A stretch of 64,000 nt of DNA, taken from NCBI GenBank assembly GCA_023205875.1, contig CP060761.1, positions 496,001-560,000 on the forward strand, read 5' to 3'. The position numbers and the translations under genes were made by a program. This document shows, piece by piece, positions 18,978 to 30,118 of the stretch. A model generated the notes under the pieces. That model was not told the origin of the DNA. It did not search any database and was given only the letters and a program-made list of their open reading frames with translations. Origin of the DNA: Chloropicon primus (taxonomy: Eukaryota). Position 1 is the first letter of the stretch, and each line of letters begins with the position of its first letter.

Positions 18978-21900
18978 TCACTTTTTCGCCCGAAAGTCGT
19001 GCCGGAATATGGTGAGGTTCTGCGTGAACTTGTCCCTGTTCTTCGGCTCCAAGGTCCTCGAGATGTTGACCATCAGCTTCTCGAAACACGTCGCCAAGCG
19101 CTGCTGCTTTTCCGTGGGCTGGAGGGCGATGATCTGCATCTTCAGGTCGTTGTAGATCTGCTCGTTCAGCAGGATCAGGCTCAGCATCGGCCTGCTCAGA
19201 CTCCACTGGTTGGAGCAGTCCTCGAAGAGCACGATCTCAAACAACGTCTTGAGTATGTTTGGGAAGATCTGCGGGTTCTTCTGGATGTGGGACACAAAGG
19301 CCTGGGTCGCAGGAGTCTGTGATTCCCCGTTCACGATGTTGTTGAAGTAGAAAGCTGCGAGGCTGTCGACGGCCGCCGCGCACTGGCTCGATATCGTGAC
19401 ATCCAAGCTCTTCATCCCCGTCTCCAGGGAGGTTCCTATGTGCATGAAGGTCGCGCTGTCCCTCGAAACGAGGAAGGCGGTGTGGCTGTGGGCCAGCACT
19501 TCGATCAGCTGGAAGTAGGCCCGCGCAAGCTTCTGGTACGCCATCAAGTGGTTCAGGGGAATGGACAGGACCATCCTCAGCGTGATGTCAAGGGCGTCAT
19601 TCAGGGAGGGGTCGCCGTAAAGCTCAAAGACGCCAAAGTTGACGTAGTTACCCGCAAGGCCCCTAAGAAGAATGGTGAAGCAGAGCGCCGCCCCCTTGTA
19701 CTTTTGCGTGTATACATCCTGGACGTTCGCCAGCTGCAGCACCCGCGTGCCGTGAGCGACGATGATTTTGGACGTCTCCCAGAAGAGCTTGATGCCGTTC
19801 GGGGACGACGCCTCAAAAGCCAGGCGTTGCGTTTTGTTCAGCACGAATTCCGCAAAGAATTTTAGGAGCGGGGTTGTGACCGGAGGAGTGTCCGTGTAGG
19901 CCTCCAGAGTTCTCCTTATCAGAGGCATGTGATCCGGGTACAGCCAGTCAAAGAGCATGGCGTAATTTCTCCTGCTGTTCGTTGCCATGGTCAACCCTCG
20001 CAGATCCCTGAACAACCCTATTAGCGAAGCCTTCACTTGCTCTGACCTGAACCGAGCCATGTCGTCCGCCTGCGACTCCATAGCCGCGAAGACCTGCTGG
20101 AAAGGCACCACAAAGGCTTTGAACTTGTTGGAATTGTCTTCCATAAACAGCAGCCGTCCCAGCGTCGCATAAAACGTGGTTCGGTGCCGGGTGTTGTCGG
20201 GCTCGTCCAGGAAAGGAAAGTGCTCGCGCGTGTGATGCCCCAGAATGTAGTTGATCGTGTTCAACTTGAGAAGCAGCTTCCCGCTCATGTACCCCGCGGC
20301 AAGGTCTTGGAACAGGGTCAAAGTCAAGTCCACGAGCTCCTCGCACTGTGGGAAAACTTTCAGATTCGTTGCAATCTTGTTGACAATGATGTCCAGAGCA
20401 GTGAGGTGGTCCTGAATGCCCACGTGCTCCTTCAGCGGGCCGTAGACCTTGGAGCTGTGAATGGCCTGCTCCCCCACGTAAACCCTTCTAAAGTTTTGGA
20501 AAAACGAGATCAAGGCCTTGTCTAGCCTCTGCCTGCTCCTGGTCCCGTACCTTTGCGTGTGGAAGCCGGAATCCATCACCCTAAGGAGCACGAAGACCCG
20601 CGCGGCGAGGTCGCCATCTATGCTCTCCTGGGACTCCGCGCTGCTGGAATTCAACCTTCCCCGTATCACGGCTCCTATGATGTACACTATCCAGGTGAGC
20701 TGCCCTTCTAGCAACACCAACTGGCTCGCGTCAGACCCAGCGGAAAGGTTGCTGCAATCCGTGAAGCCCTTGATCAACGGATCCGCAAGGCTGCACAAGT
20801 ACTTGGACAAGTCCTCGTACTGAAATCTGCACAGGAAAGGAAGGCAATCGAACTGCTCCTGCAGCTGCTCCTCGTTCTCCAGCATGTCCTCCACGGCTGG
20901 ATTTTGCAGCACCTGCTGCACAGAATCAAGCCTGGACGTGATGTAGGCCTCCGTGATTTTTGGCACGTAATTATCGAGCAAGCTTGGCTTATCACCCCTC
21001 AAGTAAGGCATGCTGCTCACGAGCCTCGACCACAATCCCAAGATGTAGTAGACCGAATTGCTCGCCCACTGCCAGGACACCAAGCTCTTTATGGTGAATT
21101 CTGCCACCCTCTGGATCCAGTCGCTGTAATTCTCTACCCCAACCAGCTCACTCAGCTGGTAATTTGTCTTGAGGCGGCCCAGCAGCCTGCAAAACTCGTG
21201 GTAATTCGCATGCTCATTAAGTCCCTTCTGGGTCATCAGGATCTCCCTAGTTCCATTGATGAGGTTTGTCAGATAGGTGTTCCTCTCGTGCTCACTGGCG
21301 AACAAGCTCCTTCTCACGCAAGCGAAACGCACCAGGCACTCAATGGCCTGGTTGCTGAGGGGTGGCTGGGTCGCGCCGTAAATATCGAAGAACAGCTTCA
21401 TTGTGCCGGGCTCCTCCATCACGGACCGCCACGCGGATGGAACCTGAATCGTCCCAAGATCCTCGTTACTCTCGTCAAGGGAGGTGCCCACGAAATCAAA
21501 GCAGAGGCATTTCAGGGCAAGACTAATGGCCTGCTCCTTGATCCTGTCCCTGTTCTGGTCATGCATGTTTGGGCCGAACTCCCTCAGGGAGGACAGGGCC
21601 GTTTGAAAGATCGAAAGCAGACCAATGTCCCTAAAGCTCACCGCACATTTTCTGTGCTGAGTGAGCGACCTTCCGGGCAGAGGTTGGTTCATCTCTGCAA
21701 CAAGTTGGTTCAGCACCCTCAAACCGAGAAGGTAGTGATCAAGCGAATTCATTCCAAGAAACTTCTTGCCATCGTCGACAATGTTCCTATGCTGGTCGTC
21801 CTCGAACCAACCCAGCTTGACTGTCCTCGCGAGCAACTGAATCAGTTGCGTGATCACGAAAACCTGCCAAGACGAAGAGAGTGTGCGTGTGTGTGTGCGC

Positions 21901-22573
21901 GCGCGCGTCAGTCATGCGACCAGGCAAATGGTAATGAAACCCATCAGTCTCCCTACGCTATCGTCACACACCAAGGTGTAAGACAGTACGAATAAATATA
22001 GGACTTCATCATATGGGCTCAACTCCTCCAAGCTTTGGCCGATAACGCTGGCGACGAGTGCGTGGCACTTCCACTTACCTGGCAGTTCGGTCCCCTGCTG
22101 GCCAAATAACCGAGCACATAGTTTTTAATGTCGAGCAAGAGGGCTTTGTTCACGCCCTGCTCGGTGACTATTTTCAACAAGCTCGACGAAGCCAGCTGCA
22201 AAGAGGAAAGCAAAAGCATAACAAACCCAAGGAAAGCAGCAAACAAGGTGAACAAGACAAAAGCGAAAGTCAGTTCACTCCATCAAGCCGAGTGAATCCT
22301 CCTGAATGGCGGAGAGCAGCGTGCCAGGAAAGCAGAAGATGCCAAAGAGCCAAGGAGGGGTTAGGTTGTTTCCAGAGAGAGAGAGTGACGTACCAGTTGA
22401 GCATAAGGACTCGTGGAGTTGTCTAAGATCGCTTTGCATTGCGGAGCATATTCCGAAGAGGAGGAGAACACCACAAGAACGCTCTCTGCATGCTTGCGTT
22501 CGGCGTGATCCTGTGCGTTATAGAGCCTCTCGCAAAGCTGCTCCAATTGTGGCAACTGTTGCAAGCTGTCCAT
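18978..22573 (-). CDS. XPO7: Exportin-7/RanBP16-17 (exons 22573-22394, 22195-22079, 21863-18978)
   Basis: QLEQLCERLYN..., NYHEFCRLLGRLKTNYQLSELV, NYVNFGVFELYGD, QWSLSRPML, KNRDKFTQNL. Confidence 0.93.
21936..22020 (-). ncRNA. Intronic box C/D snoRNA
   Basis: On the minus strand: GAGCCCA stem, C box ATGATGA (22012-22006), D' CTTA, ACACC/GGTGT inverted repeat, C' GTGACGA, D box CTGA (21947-21944), TGGGTTT stem; lies in XPO7 intron 2 on the sense strand. Confidence 0.8.
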
Positions 22574-22804
22574 AATGTTTTTTCCTCCCGAGGACCGGAA
22601 CGCGGCAACGCGATCGTCCGTCCTCTTCCACTCCTCACCCCCCGCCACCTCTGGGTGAAGTGAAGGACGCGAGTCTTGTCCTCTCCAGCCGGTGACCTTC
22701 CTCCTCCCTCTTCCCCTCTTCCCCTCTTCCCTCTTCCCCTCTTCCCCTCTTCCCTCTCTCTCTCTCTCTCTCTCTAGTTGCCCTTCCTTCTCTCTGCAAT
22801 CCTC

Positions 22805-22947
22805 GAGGAGGGAGAGGATGAAGGGGAGGGGAGGGGAGGGAGGGAGGAGAGGAGGACTGCATTGGGAGCGGGAGGGACTGCATTGACTTCCGGTGCCTCT
22901 CAGTGGCTTCCATCTTGGCTTTTGTTTCGTTTCGTCCACCAGAAGCA
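22805..22947. repeat. Dispersed repeat of about 140 bp, copy 2
   Basis: Near-identical to 10318-10456. Confidence 0.9.
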
Positions 22948-23114
22948 CTGGCTGAGAGAGAGTGAGAGAGACAGAGAGAAAGCGATTGATGATGATGATG
23001 ATGATGATGCAGGGAGGGAAGGCAGGAGGAAGGGACGCGTCCATGCTGTTGTTGTTGTTGTTGTTGTTGCTGCTGCTGCTGTTGTTACACACAGTTGTAC
23101 ATGAGTTTCTTGCG

Positions 23115-24824
23115 TCACTGGAGGGTCTTCTTCATCTTGAGCTTGTTCTTGAGCCTAGCATGAGTCGCGTTCCTGCCCTTGCTGGATCCTGGCTGGCCGT
23201 GGTCCTCGTCCTCGTCCTCGCTGCCCAAGGTCACGGTGGAGTCCCTGATTTCCTCCTGAGAGATGTCCTCGTGCTGAGAGACCATCGACTGGGCCTCGAG
23301 GTAGACCATGAGGTCCCTGACCTGCTCCTGGAGGTCCTTGATGACGGCATCCTTCTCCTCCAGCTTGGATTTCGCCAAGTTCACCTCCTCCCGCCACTTG
23401 TCCTTGTCGCGCAGGACGGACTCGCTCAAATCTTTCAGAAAGCTGTTCTCCTTCTCAAAGTCTTCTCGCAGCTTCTTTTCCCAGCCCTTGCGGCTTGCCT
23501 CGAGGTGCCTTGCCTTGCTCAACGCCGCGTTCGACATTTCTCTCTCCATGGCGACTTGCTGCCTCATCTCCTGCAGCTGCCCTTCGAAGTACTCCGTCTG
23601 GGACCCAAGCTGCGCCATGAGCAGGTGGTTGTACTCCAGGGTTATGGCCTCCAGCTTGCTGGTCAGGATGACGTCCTGGTGTTTCTCAGCCAGCTTCTTG
23701 TCCTCCCCCCTCTCGCTGCTCCCCCCCGGCTGCTCCATGGGCTCGACATCGCCGTTGGCGGGCACCTCCACCAAATAGTGCTGGCCATCCACCTTGCTCC
23801 TGATCAGCCTGTGGACGTACTCGTCGCCCACGTAGTCCCACACCCTCTGGCTTTGGAGCTCCATGGCGTAGCAGTGCCCCGTCTCCAGCCAATGGGTCCG
23901 GGCGTGCCCCCTGGCATACCTCCCGCAACCCACGTGGCCACAAATGATGCAGATCCACAGGTCCTCTCTCCCATCGCAGACTTGGCACTGCGTTCTTTGC
24001 GCGTCCTCTGACTCCATTTGACTGTACCTGCAAACGGGGCAGCTCGTCATCGTGCACTTCTTCAGGCACTCTGGATGAAAGTCGTGATTGCACATGGTCG
24101 TAGCTATCCCGGTGATGTGAGCGTCAAGCCTCTCCAGGCAGACCGGACACGTGGGCATCTCCGTCTCCACTTCTAGCGTGCCCGCACACCCGGCTTCCTT
24201 TCCCTCCTTGGGGCACTCTGAGCCTTTCTCTATGCCCTCGCCCTCGCTCAGGAGTTTGCAAGACTGAACGAACACGCACCTGCAGGTGTCCTCCTCGAGG
24301 GAAGAGTACTTCTTCCCGTCGTACGCCAAGTAAAACTCGTCCGCCATATCTTGGGTCCTGAACTCCAGTATGCAGGATGCGCTCATCTTGCTCGAGAGAG
24401 AGTCCCTCGAGCCGCTAACCTCGTCCTCCCCTTGCTCGGCGTGGCCATTATTCCCGCCAACGCCCGGAAGCTCCAAGGTTCCCTGCCTCACGAACCGTAT
24501 CCTGTGCATGCTCTGCAGGAAAGCCCCGAAGAACTTGAAAGTATCCGCCGGGATGAAAGACGGCGGGAGCGCGAGGAGGCACAGGGTGGACGACCGAAGC
24601 TCGGGCAGCGCTGTGATCGCCTTCGACTCGATCTCTGACGTCGAAGGGATCCTCACTTTCCCTCCCTCCGTCCTCTCCACCGGCCTGAACAATCGCAGAC
24701 TCCCTTGGATGTTCTCCACTGACGGGTTCCCGAGGGAGAAAGGTATCTCCACCCCCGCACTGCGCATCACGCAAGAGCTCAAGTCCTCGTCCTCGGCTCC
24801 TGACGCCATGATATAAGCATTCAT
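23115..24824 (-). CDS. BRAP2/BRIZ-like RING + ZnF-UBP E3 ligase
   Basis: EMPTCPVCLERLD, CNHDFH, SCPVCRY, LWICIICGHVGCGRY, RVWDYVGDEYVHRLI, coiled coil. Confidence 0.93.
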   Translation of the reverse strand: MNAYIMASGAEDEDLSSCVMRSAGVEIPFSLGNPSVENIQGSLRLFRPVERTEGGKVRIPSTSEIESKAITALPELRSSTLCLLALPPSFIPADTFKFFGAFLQSMHRIRFVRQGTLELPGVGGNNGHAEQGEDEVSGSRDSLSSKMSASCILEFRTQDMADEFYLAYDGKKYSSLEEDTCRCVFVQSCKLLSEGEGIEKGSECPKEGKEAGCAGTLEVETEMPTCPVCLERLDAHITGIATTMCNHDFHPECLKKCTMTSCPVCRYSQMESEDAQRTQCQVCDGREDLWICIICGHVGCGRYARGHARTHWLETGHCYAMELQSQRVWDYVGDEYVHRLIRSKVDGQHYLVEVPANGDVEPMEQPGGSSERGEDKKLAEKHQDVILTSKLEAITLEYNHLLMAQLGSQTEYFEGQLQEMRQQVAMEREMSNAALSKARHLEASRKGWEKKLREDFEKENSFLKDLSESVLRDKDKWREEVNLAKSKLEEKDAVIKDLQEQVRDLMVYLEAQSMVSQHEDISQEEIRDSTVTLGSEDEDEDHGQPGSSKGRNATHARLKNKLKMKKTLQ

Positions 24825-25531
24825 TCCCTCTCACACCGAGCCGAAACCCACTGGACCACCACCCTCACCAAACGCTCTCCTCCTCTCTCTCTCGCTCCCC
24901 GTCCCTTCTGAGCCACGAAACCGAGAAAGCGATCTTTTCAGTCGAATTGTCGCGACACTAGCTACCGTCCAACGCCGACCACTTCCCCTCCCAGGACTCC
25001 AACCTCCCTCCCCTTCCTCGACAAAGTCACTCAATCCCAATCGAATCCTGCTTCAGCAAACACTGATGCGAACCTCTTCAAGCACTCCGCGAGTCAAACG
25101 AGTCAAGCAAGGTACCGTTCGAAAGATCTTGAGACATACTTTCACCCTGCACTCCTCACCCTCGCCATCTTCCCCTTACCTTCGTCATCACCCTCGTCTT
25201 CCCTCCCCTCCTTCCTCCATCGCCTCTCTCTCTCCTTTCTCTCCTCTTCACTTTTAGCTCTAGGGTTTCCGAGCCGTCGATCGAGAGCGAGAGAGAAAGA
25301 GAAAGAGAGAGAGAGAGAAGCGTAGGACGACGAGGGACGGGAGTGGGTGAAGCGTAGGGTCACGCAGATCGACGGAGCATCTTTTCACCTTTCGAAAGAG
25401 CCCTCTTTCATACCAAACGACCCAGTGGAAGAGGATTTCATCCCATTTTTTGGTTCCCAACACACGACGCGACCAGAGGATTGCCATTGTTGTTCTTGTC
25501 CACGGCAGAGACAGCCAGACAGAGAGAGAGG

Positions 25532-27203
25532 ATGGACGTGACATCGCTTATGGCGCAAGCCACCATTGACGTCTCCATGGCAAAGGCCGGAGAGGCGGGA
25601 GGTACGTTTTCATTCCATTTCATTTCATTACCTTCCGTTTGGGTTGGGTTGGGTTGGGTTGGGTTCTGACTGATGGATGGGATGGGATGTGGATGGATCG
25701 CGCTCTTGTTCTTGTTCTTGTTCTTGTTCTTGTGCAGGATGCGAGCCTCACTTGGAGTACAAGACGGTGAGCGGAGTGAGCGGGCCGCTTGTTGTACTGG
25801 ACAGGGTGAAGAACCCCAAGTTCGCAGAAATCGTGAACCTCAAGCTGGGAGACGGCACGATCAGGAGGGGACAGGTCTTGGAGGTGGACGGTGAGAAGGC
25901 AGTTGTGCAGGTGTTCGAGGGAACGAGTGGAATCGACAACAAGCACACGTCGTGCACGTTTACTGGAGAGATTCTGAAGACGCCAGTGTCGAGGGATATG
26001 CTCGGAAGGATCTTCAACGGCAGCGGAAAGCCGATCGATGACGGTCCCGAGGTCCTCGCGGAGGCTTACCTTGACATCCAGGGAATGCCCATCAACCCCT
26101 CAGAGAGAACGTACCCCGAGGAGATGATTCAGACGGGAATCTCGACGATCGACGTGATGAACTCCATCGCAAGAGGTCAGAAGATTCCTTTGTTCTCTGC
26201 GGCTGGTCTCCCGCACAACGAAATCGCTGCCCAGATTTGCAGGCAAGCTGGTTTGGTGAAGCACCCGGACGGCAAGAAGGCCCACGGCCACTCCGAGCCG
26301 GAGGTCAACCTCCTCGGTGAGACGACCGCGGCTGAGGCTGGGGAGGAGGAGGAGGACTTCGCCATCGTCTTCGCTGCCATGGGAGTGAACATGGAGACGG
26401 CGTCCTTCTTCAAGCAAGATTTCGAGGAGAACGGCTCGCTGGAGAAGGTCGTCCTTTTCCTCAACCTGGCGAACGATCCTACGATTGAGAGGATTATCAC
26501 CCCGAGAATTGCCTTGACCACGGCAGAGTACCTCGCGTACGAGTGCGGCAAGCACGTGCTGGTCATTTTGACGGATATGTCCTCGTACGCCGACGCCCTG
26601 AGAGAAGTCTCGGCTGCCAGAGAGGAGGTGCCCGGAAGGAGAGGATACCCCGGATACATGTACACGGATTTGGCCACTATCTACGAGAGGGCCGGAAGGA
26701 TCGAAGGGAGGAAGGGCTCCATCACGCAGCTGCCTATCCTGTCGATGCCCAACGATGACATCACACATCCAATTCCTGATCTCACTGGGTACATTACGGA
26801 GGGACAGATCTACATTGACAGACAGCTGCACAACAGGCAGATTTTCCCACCTGTCAACGTGCTTCCCTCCCTCAGTCGTTTGATGAAGAGTGCCATTGGC
26901 GAAGGCATGACGAGGGACGACCATTCCTCCGTCTCGAACCAAATGTATGCTTGCTATGCCATCGGAAAGGACGTGCTGGCCATGAAGGCTGTTGTGGGAG
27001 AAGAGGCGTTGAGTGACGAGGATTTGTTGTACTTGCAGTTCTTGGAGAAGTTCGAGTCCAAGTTCGTGGCGCAGGGCGCCTACGAAACGAGGACCATCTT
27101 CGACTCGCTGGATTTGGCATGGTCGCTGCTTCGCCTGTTCCCAAGGGAGATGTTGAGAAGGATTGACATCAAAACCTTGGACAAGTACTATGACAGGAAA
27201 TAG
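25532..27203 (+). CDS. VHA-B: V-type ATPase subunit B (exons 25532-25601, 25738-27203)
   Basis: [68 protein letters not shown]. Confidence 0.97.
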
Positions 27204-27372
27204 AGACACACGGTTAAAACGCCTAGGAACAAGATGCGACTTTTGGCTAGGGACGGCTTTGGTGCAGCAACCGAACATTGTAAAAAAATTCTAACACCAT
27301 CTTTCATTCTAGTAGCTGTCCCCCCTGTTCCCCCGTAATGTAATGCCCACCGCCACGATCGCTTCTCCGTCC

Positions 27373-29367
27373 CTAGTTCGTCACGGTGACGCTCTGAATC
27401 TTGATATCCTCGAGGGGCTTGTCGTTCGTGTCGACCTTCACCCTCTCGATCGTGTAGCAGACATCCGCGCCCTTTGTCACCCTGCCAAAAACGGTGTGCT
27501 TCCCGTCAAGCCAGGTGCAGGGCACCGTGGTGATGAAGAACTGGCTTCCGTTTGTGTTCGGCCCACAGTTTGCCATGCTCAAGGTGTAGGGCCGATCATG
27601 CTTCAGGTCCGGGTCAATCTCGTCCTCAAACTCCCCTCCCCAGCACGACTCTCCCCCGGTTCCGTCCCCGAGGGGGTCTCCCGTCTGGATCATGAACCCT
27701 TTGATCACCCTGTGGAAAATGACTCCCTGGTAGTAGTTGTTTCGGCTGTGAACGGTGAAGTTCTCCACCGTCTTGGGGCACTTGTCCCCGTACAGCTCCA
27801 CCCGAATGTCTCCGTAGGTCGTGTGGAGGACCGCCTCCTTGGCAAGCTTGCTGTCAGCCTTGGCCCCCTCGGCCTCTGGGAGGAACTCGTCCACCACAGG
27901 CTTTTCGTTGAAGATGTCTCTTCCCAGAGTCACGTCATCGCAGTCCTCCGGCTCTCGCTTGGAGAACAGGTAGAACCTGCCCTTTTTGAACGCACAAGCG
28001 AACAGGGTGGGGTCCGCTTCGATTCCCTTGATGACCCCAGATTGAATCGCCGTGGACAGTTTGGCCTTGGAGGCGACGGACTGTGCCACGCCCTGATACA
28101 GTGCCACGTGGGTGAACCTCTCCGTGTTCTCCACCTTTCCCAGCATGCGGCTCACCTTGTTGGTGTGGATGTTCACTACCTTGACCCCAAGCAACGTGGA
28201 GTAGATCAAGAAATTGCTGCTCTCGTCGAAGACCGCGTTCGGGGTCGAAACGATGTCTTGGTTCGTGACGTCTCCCTCCAAGCTGGCCAGCCGCTGCAAG
28301 GCGGCCTGGTATTTCTTCTCGATGGCCAATCGTCGGCCAAAGTCGATGTCCTCGAGGGCGAACGCCTCAGACCCGCCATCCTGCAGGCTCTGCGAGGCCT
28401 CCAGGGTCTCATCGTAGACTCTCTTCAGCTTCCCTGTCGCAAAGGAAAACAGCCTTATCCGAAAATCCGTGCACATGCAAGCAAAGTACTTTCCATCGGG
28501 ACTTACGCTCAAAGACAGAGCAGTGCACTTTGCCTTGGCCAGATCGAAGAGGTGCGTGTCCGTCTTGTACTTGAACCCCGTGGCATCTGGTGGGAACGAT
28601 TCGAACGAAGTGCCCCCGGCCTCGGTCACCATTCGCCAGTACTCCACCACTCCCTTCCTGTCGACGGACACCATGGTGCCTGCTGCCTGGTTGTACGCCA
28701 TGGCCATCACGGGGGCCCGGTGACCCTTGAAGATCGCCTCGGTGGTAACGTCCTTGGAATCCGCGCGAGTGGCCGTCGCCGAGAGGTGGTCCACGACGTG
28801 GATGGACCCTGTGTGGAACCCTATCGCGAGCCGGAGCTGGGACGACGTGTCACCCTTCTCCTGCGTCCAGCATATCGAAGTCGGCCTCGCATGCAGACCG
28901 ATCATGGAGATCATGTCGAAGTTCGAGACGTCAAAGATCTTCACCTGGCGATCCTCTGAAGCGGTCGCCAGCAACGCGCCGTCCAAGGAGCACGCCATCG
29001 ACGTGATGTGAGTCAGGTGCGCTCGGAACACCTTGACAAACTCTATGCCCTCCTTCCCCTTCTTCCAGAACTTGATGAATCCGTCCCGACTCGCAGTGAT
29101 CACGAAGTCTGACTTGGACCCAGTGGACAAGATATGCGTCACGTCATCCCTGTGCATGTAACTCTTCTCGTACATCTCCGAGCAGGGCAGGGCATCCAAG
29201 TACGCTTTCTCGTAAGGCAAGTTCTTCTTCCTCCTCTTCCTCTTGGGTCTCTCGTCCTCCTCTGGCATCGGACCAGGCATCGGGCCAACCATCTCGTCCA
29301 GACCCTCGCCGTCCTCCTCTGGTCCAGGCATCGGACCAGGCATCGGACCAACTTCCTCCTCCTCCAT
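27373..29367 (-). CDS. PPWD1: WD40-repeat cyclophilin (CYP71/PPWD1)
   Basis: YEKSYMHRD, WD40 repeats, FHRVIKGFMIQTGDP, SMANCGPNTNGSQFFIT, WLDGKHTVFG. Confidence 0.95.
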   Translation of the reverse strand: MEEEEVGPMPGPMPGPEEDGEGLDEMVGPMPGPMPEEDERPKRKRRKKNLPYEKAYLDALPCSEMYEKSYMHRDDVTHILSTGSKSDFVITASRDGFIKFWKKGKEGIEFVKVFRAHLTHITSMACSLDGALLATASEDRQVKIFDVSNFDMISMIGLHARPTSICWTQEKGDTSSQLRLAIGFHTGSIHVVDHLSATATRADSKDVTTEAIFKGHRAPVMAMAYNQAAGTMVSVDRKGVVEYWRMVTEAGGTSFESFPPDATGFKYKTDTHLFDLAKAKCTALSLSVSPDGKYFACMCTDFRIRLFSFATGKLKRVYDETLEASQSLQDGGSEAFALEDIDFGRRLAIEKKYQAALQRLASLEGDVTNQDIVSTPNAVFDESSNFLIYSTLLGVKVVNIHTNKVSRMLGKVENTERFTHVALYQGVAQSVASKAKLSTAIQSGVIKGIEADPTLFACAFKKGRFYLFSKREPEDCDDVTLGRDIFNEKPVVDEFLPEAEGAKADSKLAKEAVLHTTYGDIRVELYGDKCPKTVENFTVHSRNNYYQGVIFHRVIKGFMIQTGDPLGDGTGGESCWGGEFEDEIDPDLKHDRPYTLSMANCGPNTNGSQFFITTVPCTWLDGKHTVFGRVTKGADVCYTIERVKVDTNDKPLEDIKIQSVTVTN

Positions 29368-30118
29368 CGAACCAAACAATTCTGTCACTCAAACGCTCTG
29401 GATGCTTTTACAACTCTTCCTCACCCAACACAAGCGAGCGTAACGCTCGCCAGCCCGATTCCTAACGTCAAGATCGTAGCCTGCGACGCTCAGAATCAAA
29501 ACACTCGCCACGAACCCGTCGTGGTGTTGAGATCAACACGAGGTCCTCCCTTCGTCCAAACCTTCTCCTCCCTCTGTCCCTCGCCCAATGCTTCACCCAA
29601 TGGGTCAAGTGAGTAACCAATTGAAAGATCTGGACCTCTAGTTTCGTCCAAAGACCTCGTCCTCGCCTCCCTCGCCTTCCCTCGCCCCTCAGTCACCGCT
29701 GAAGCCTCCGCTTCTCTCTCTCTCTCTCTTCTGGTGAAGTCTGCAGCCGCCAGTCGCTCGAGAGAGAGAGAGAGAGAGAGAGAGAGGACGAACGAGGAGG
29801 AGGGCGCACGAGGAGAGGGAGGGAAGCGGAGGTGTCGTAGACGAGCGGAAGCGTCGTTTCGTTCTCTTTCGAAAGAGCCCTCGCTCGAAGGAAACGACCC
29901 GGTGGTGAGGCAGGGAGCAGCCAGAGGGACAGAACAGAGAGGAGAGGACGGCGACGGGAGGGAGAGAGGGGGGGAGAGAGGGAGGGAGGAGCATCAGGTC
30001 GAGAGGAGGAGCACCTCTTCTCCGCTTCCATGGAGGTGTCGCAGTGACGGAGCCAGCGGAGAGGGAGAGAGCTGGAGGGAGAGAGAGAGGGAGAGAGAGA
30101 GAGAGAGCAAGGGAGAGG

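Noticed and set aside
25532..27203. Possible VMA1-type intein in the V-ATPase gene
   Set aside because: This is subunit B with normal length and no Hint motifs; there is only a short loop insertion
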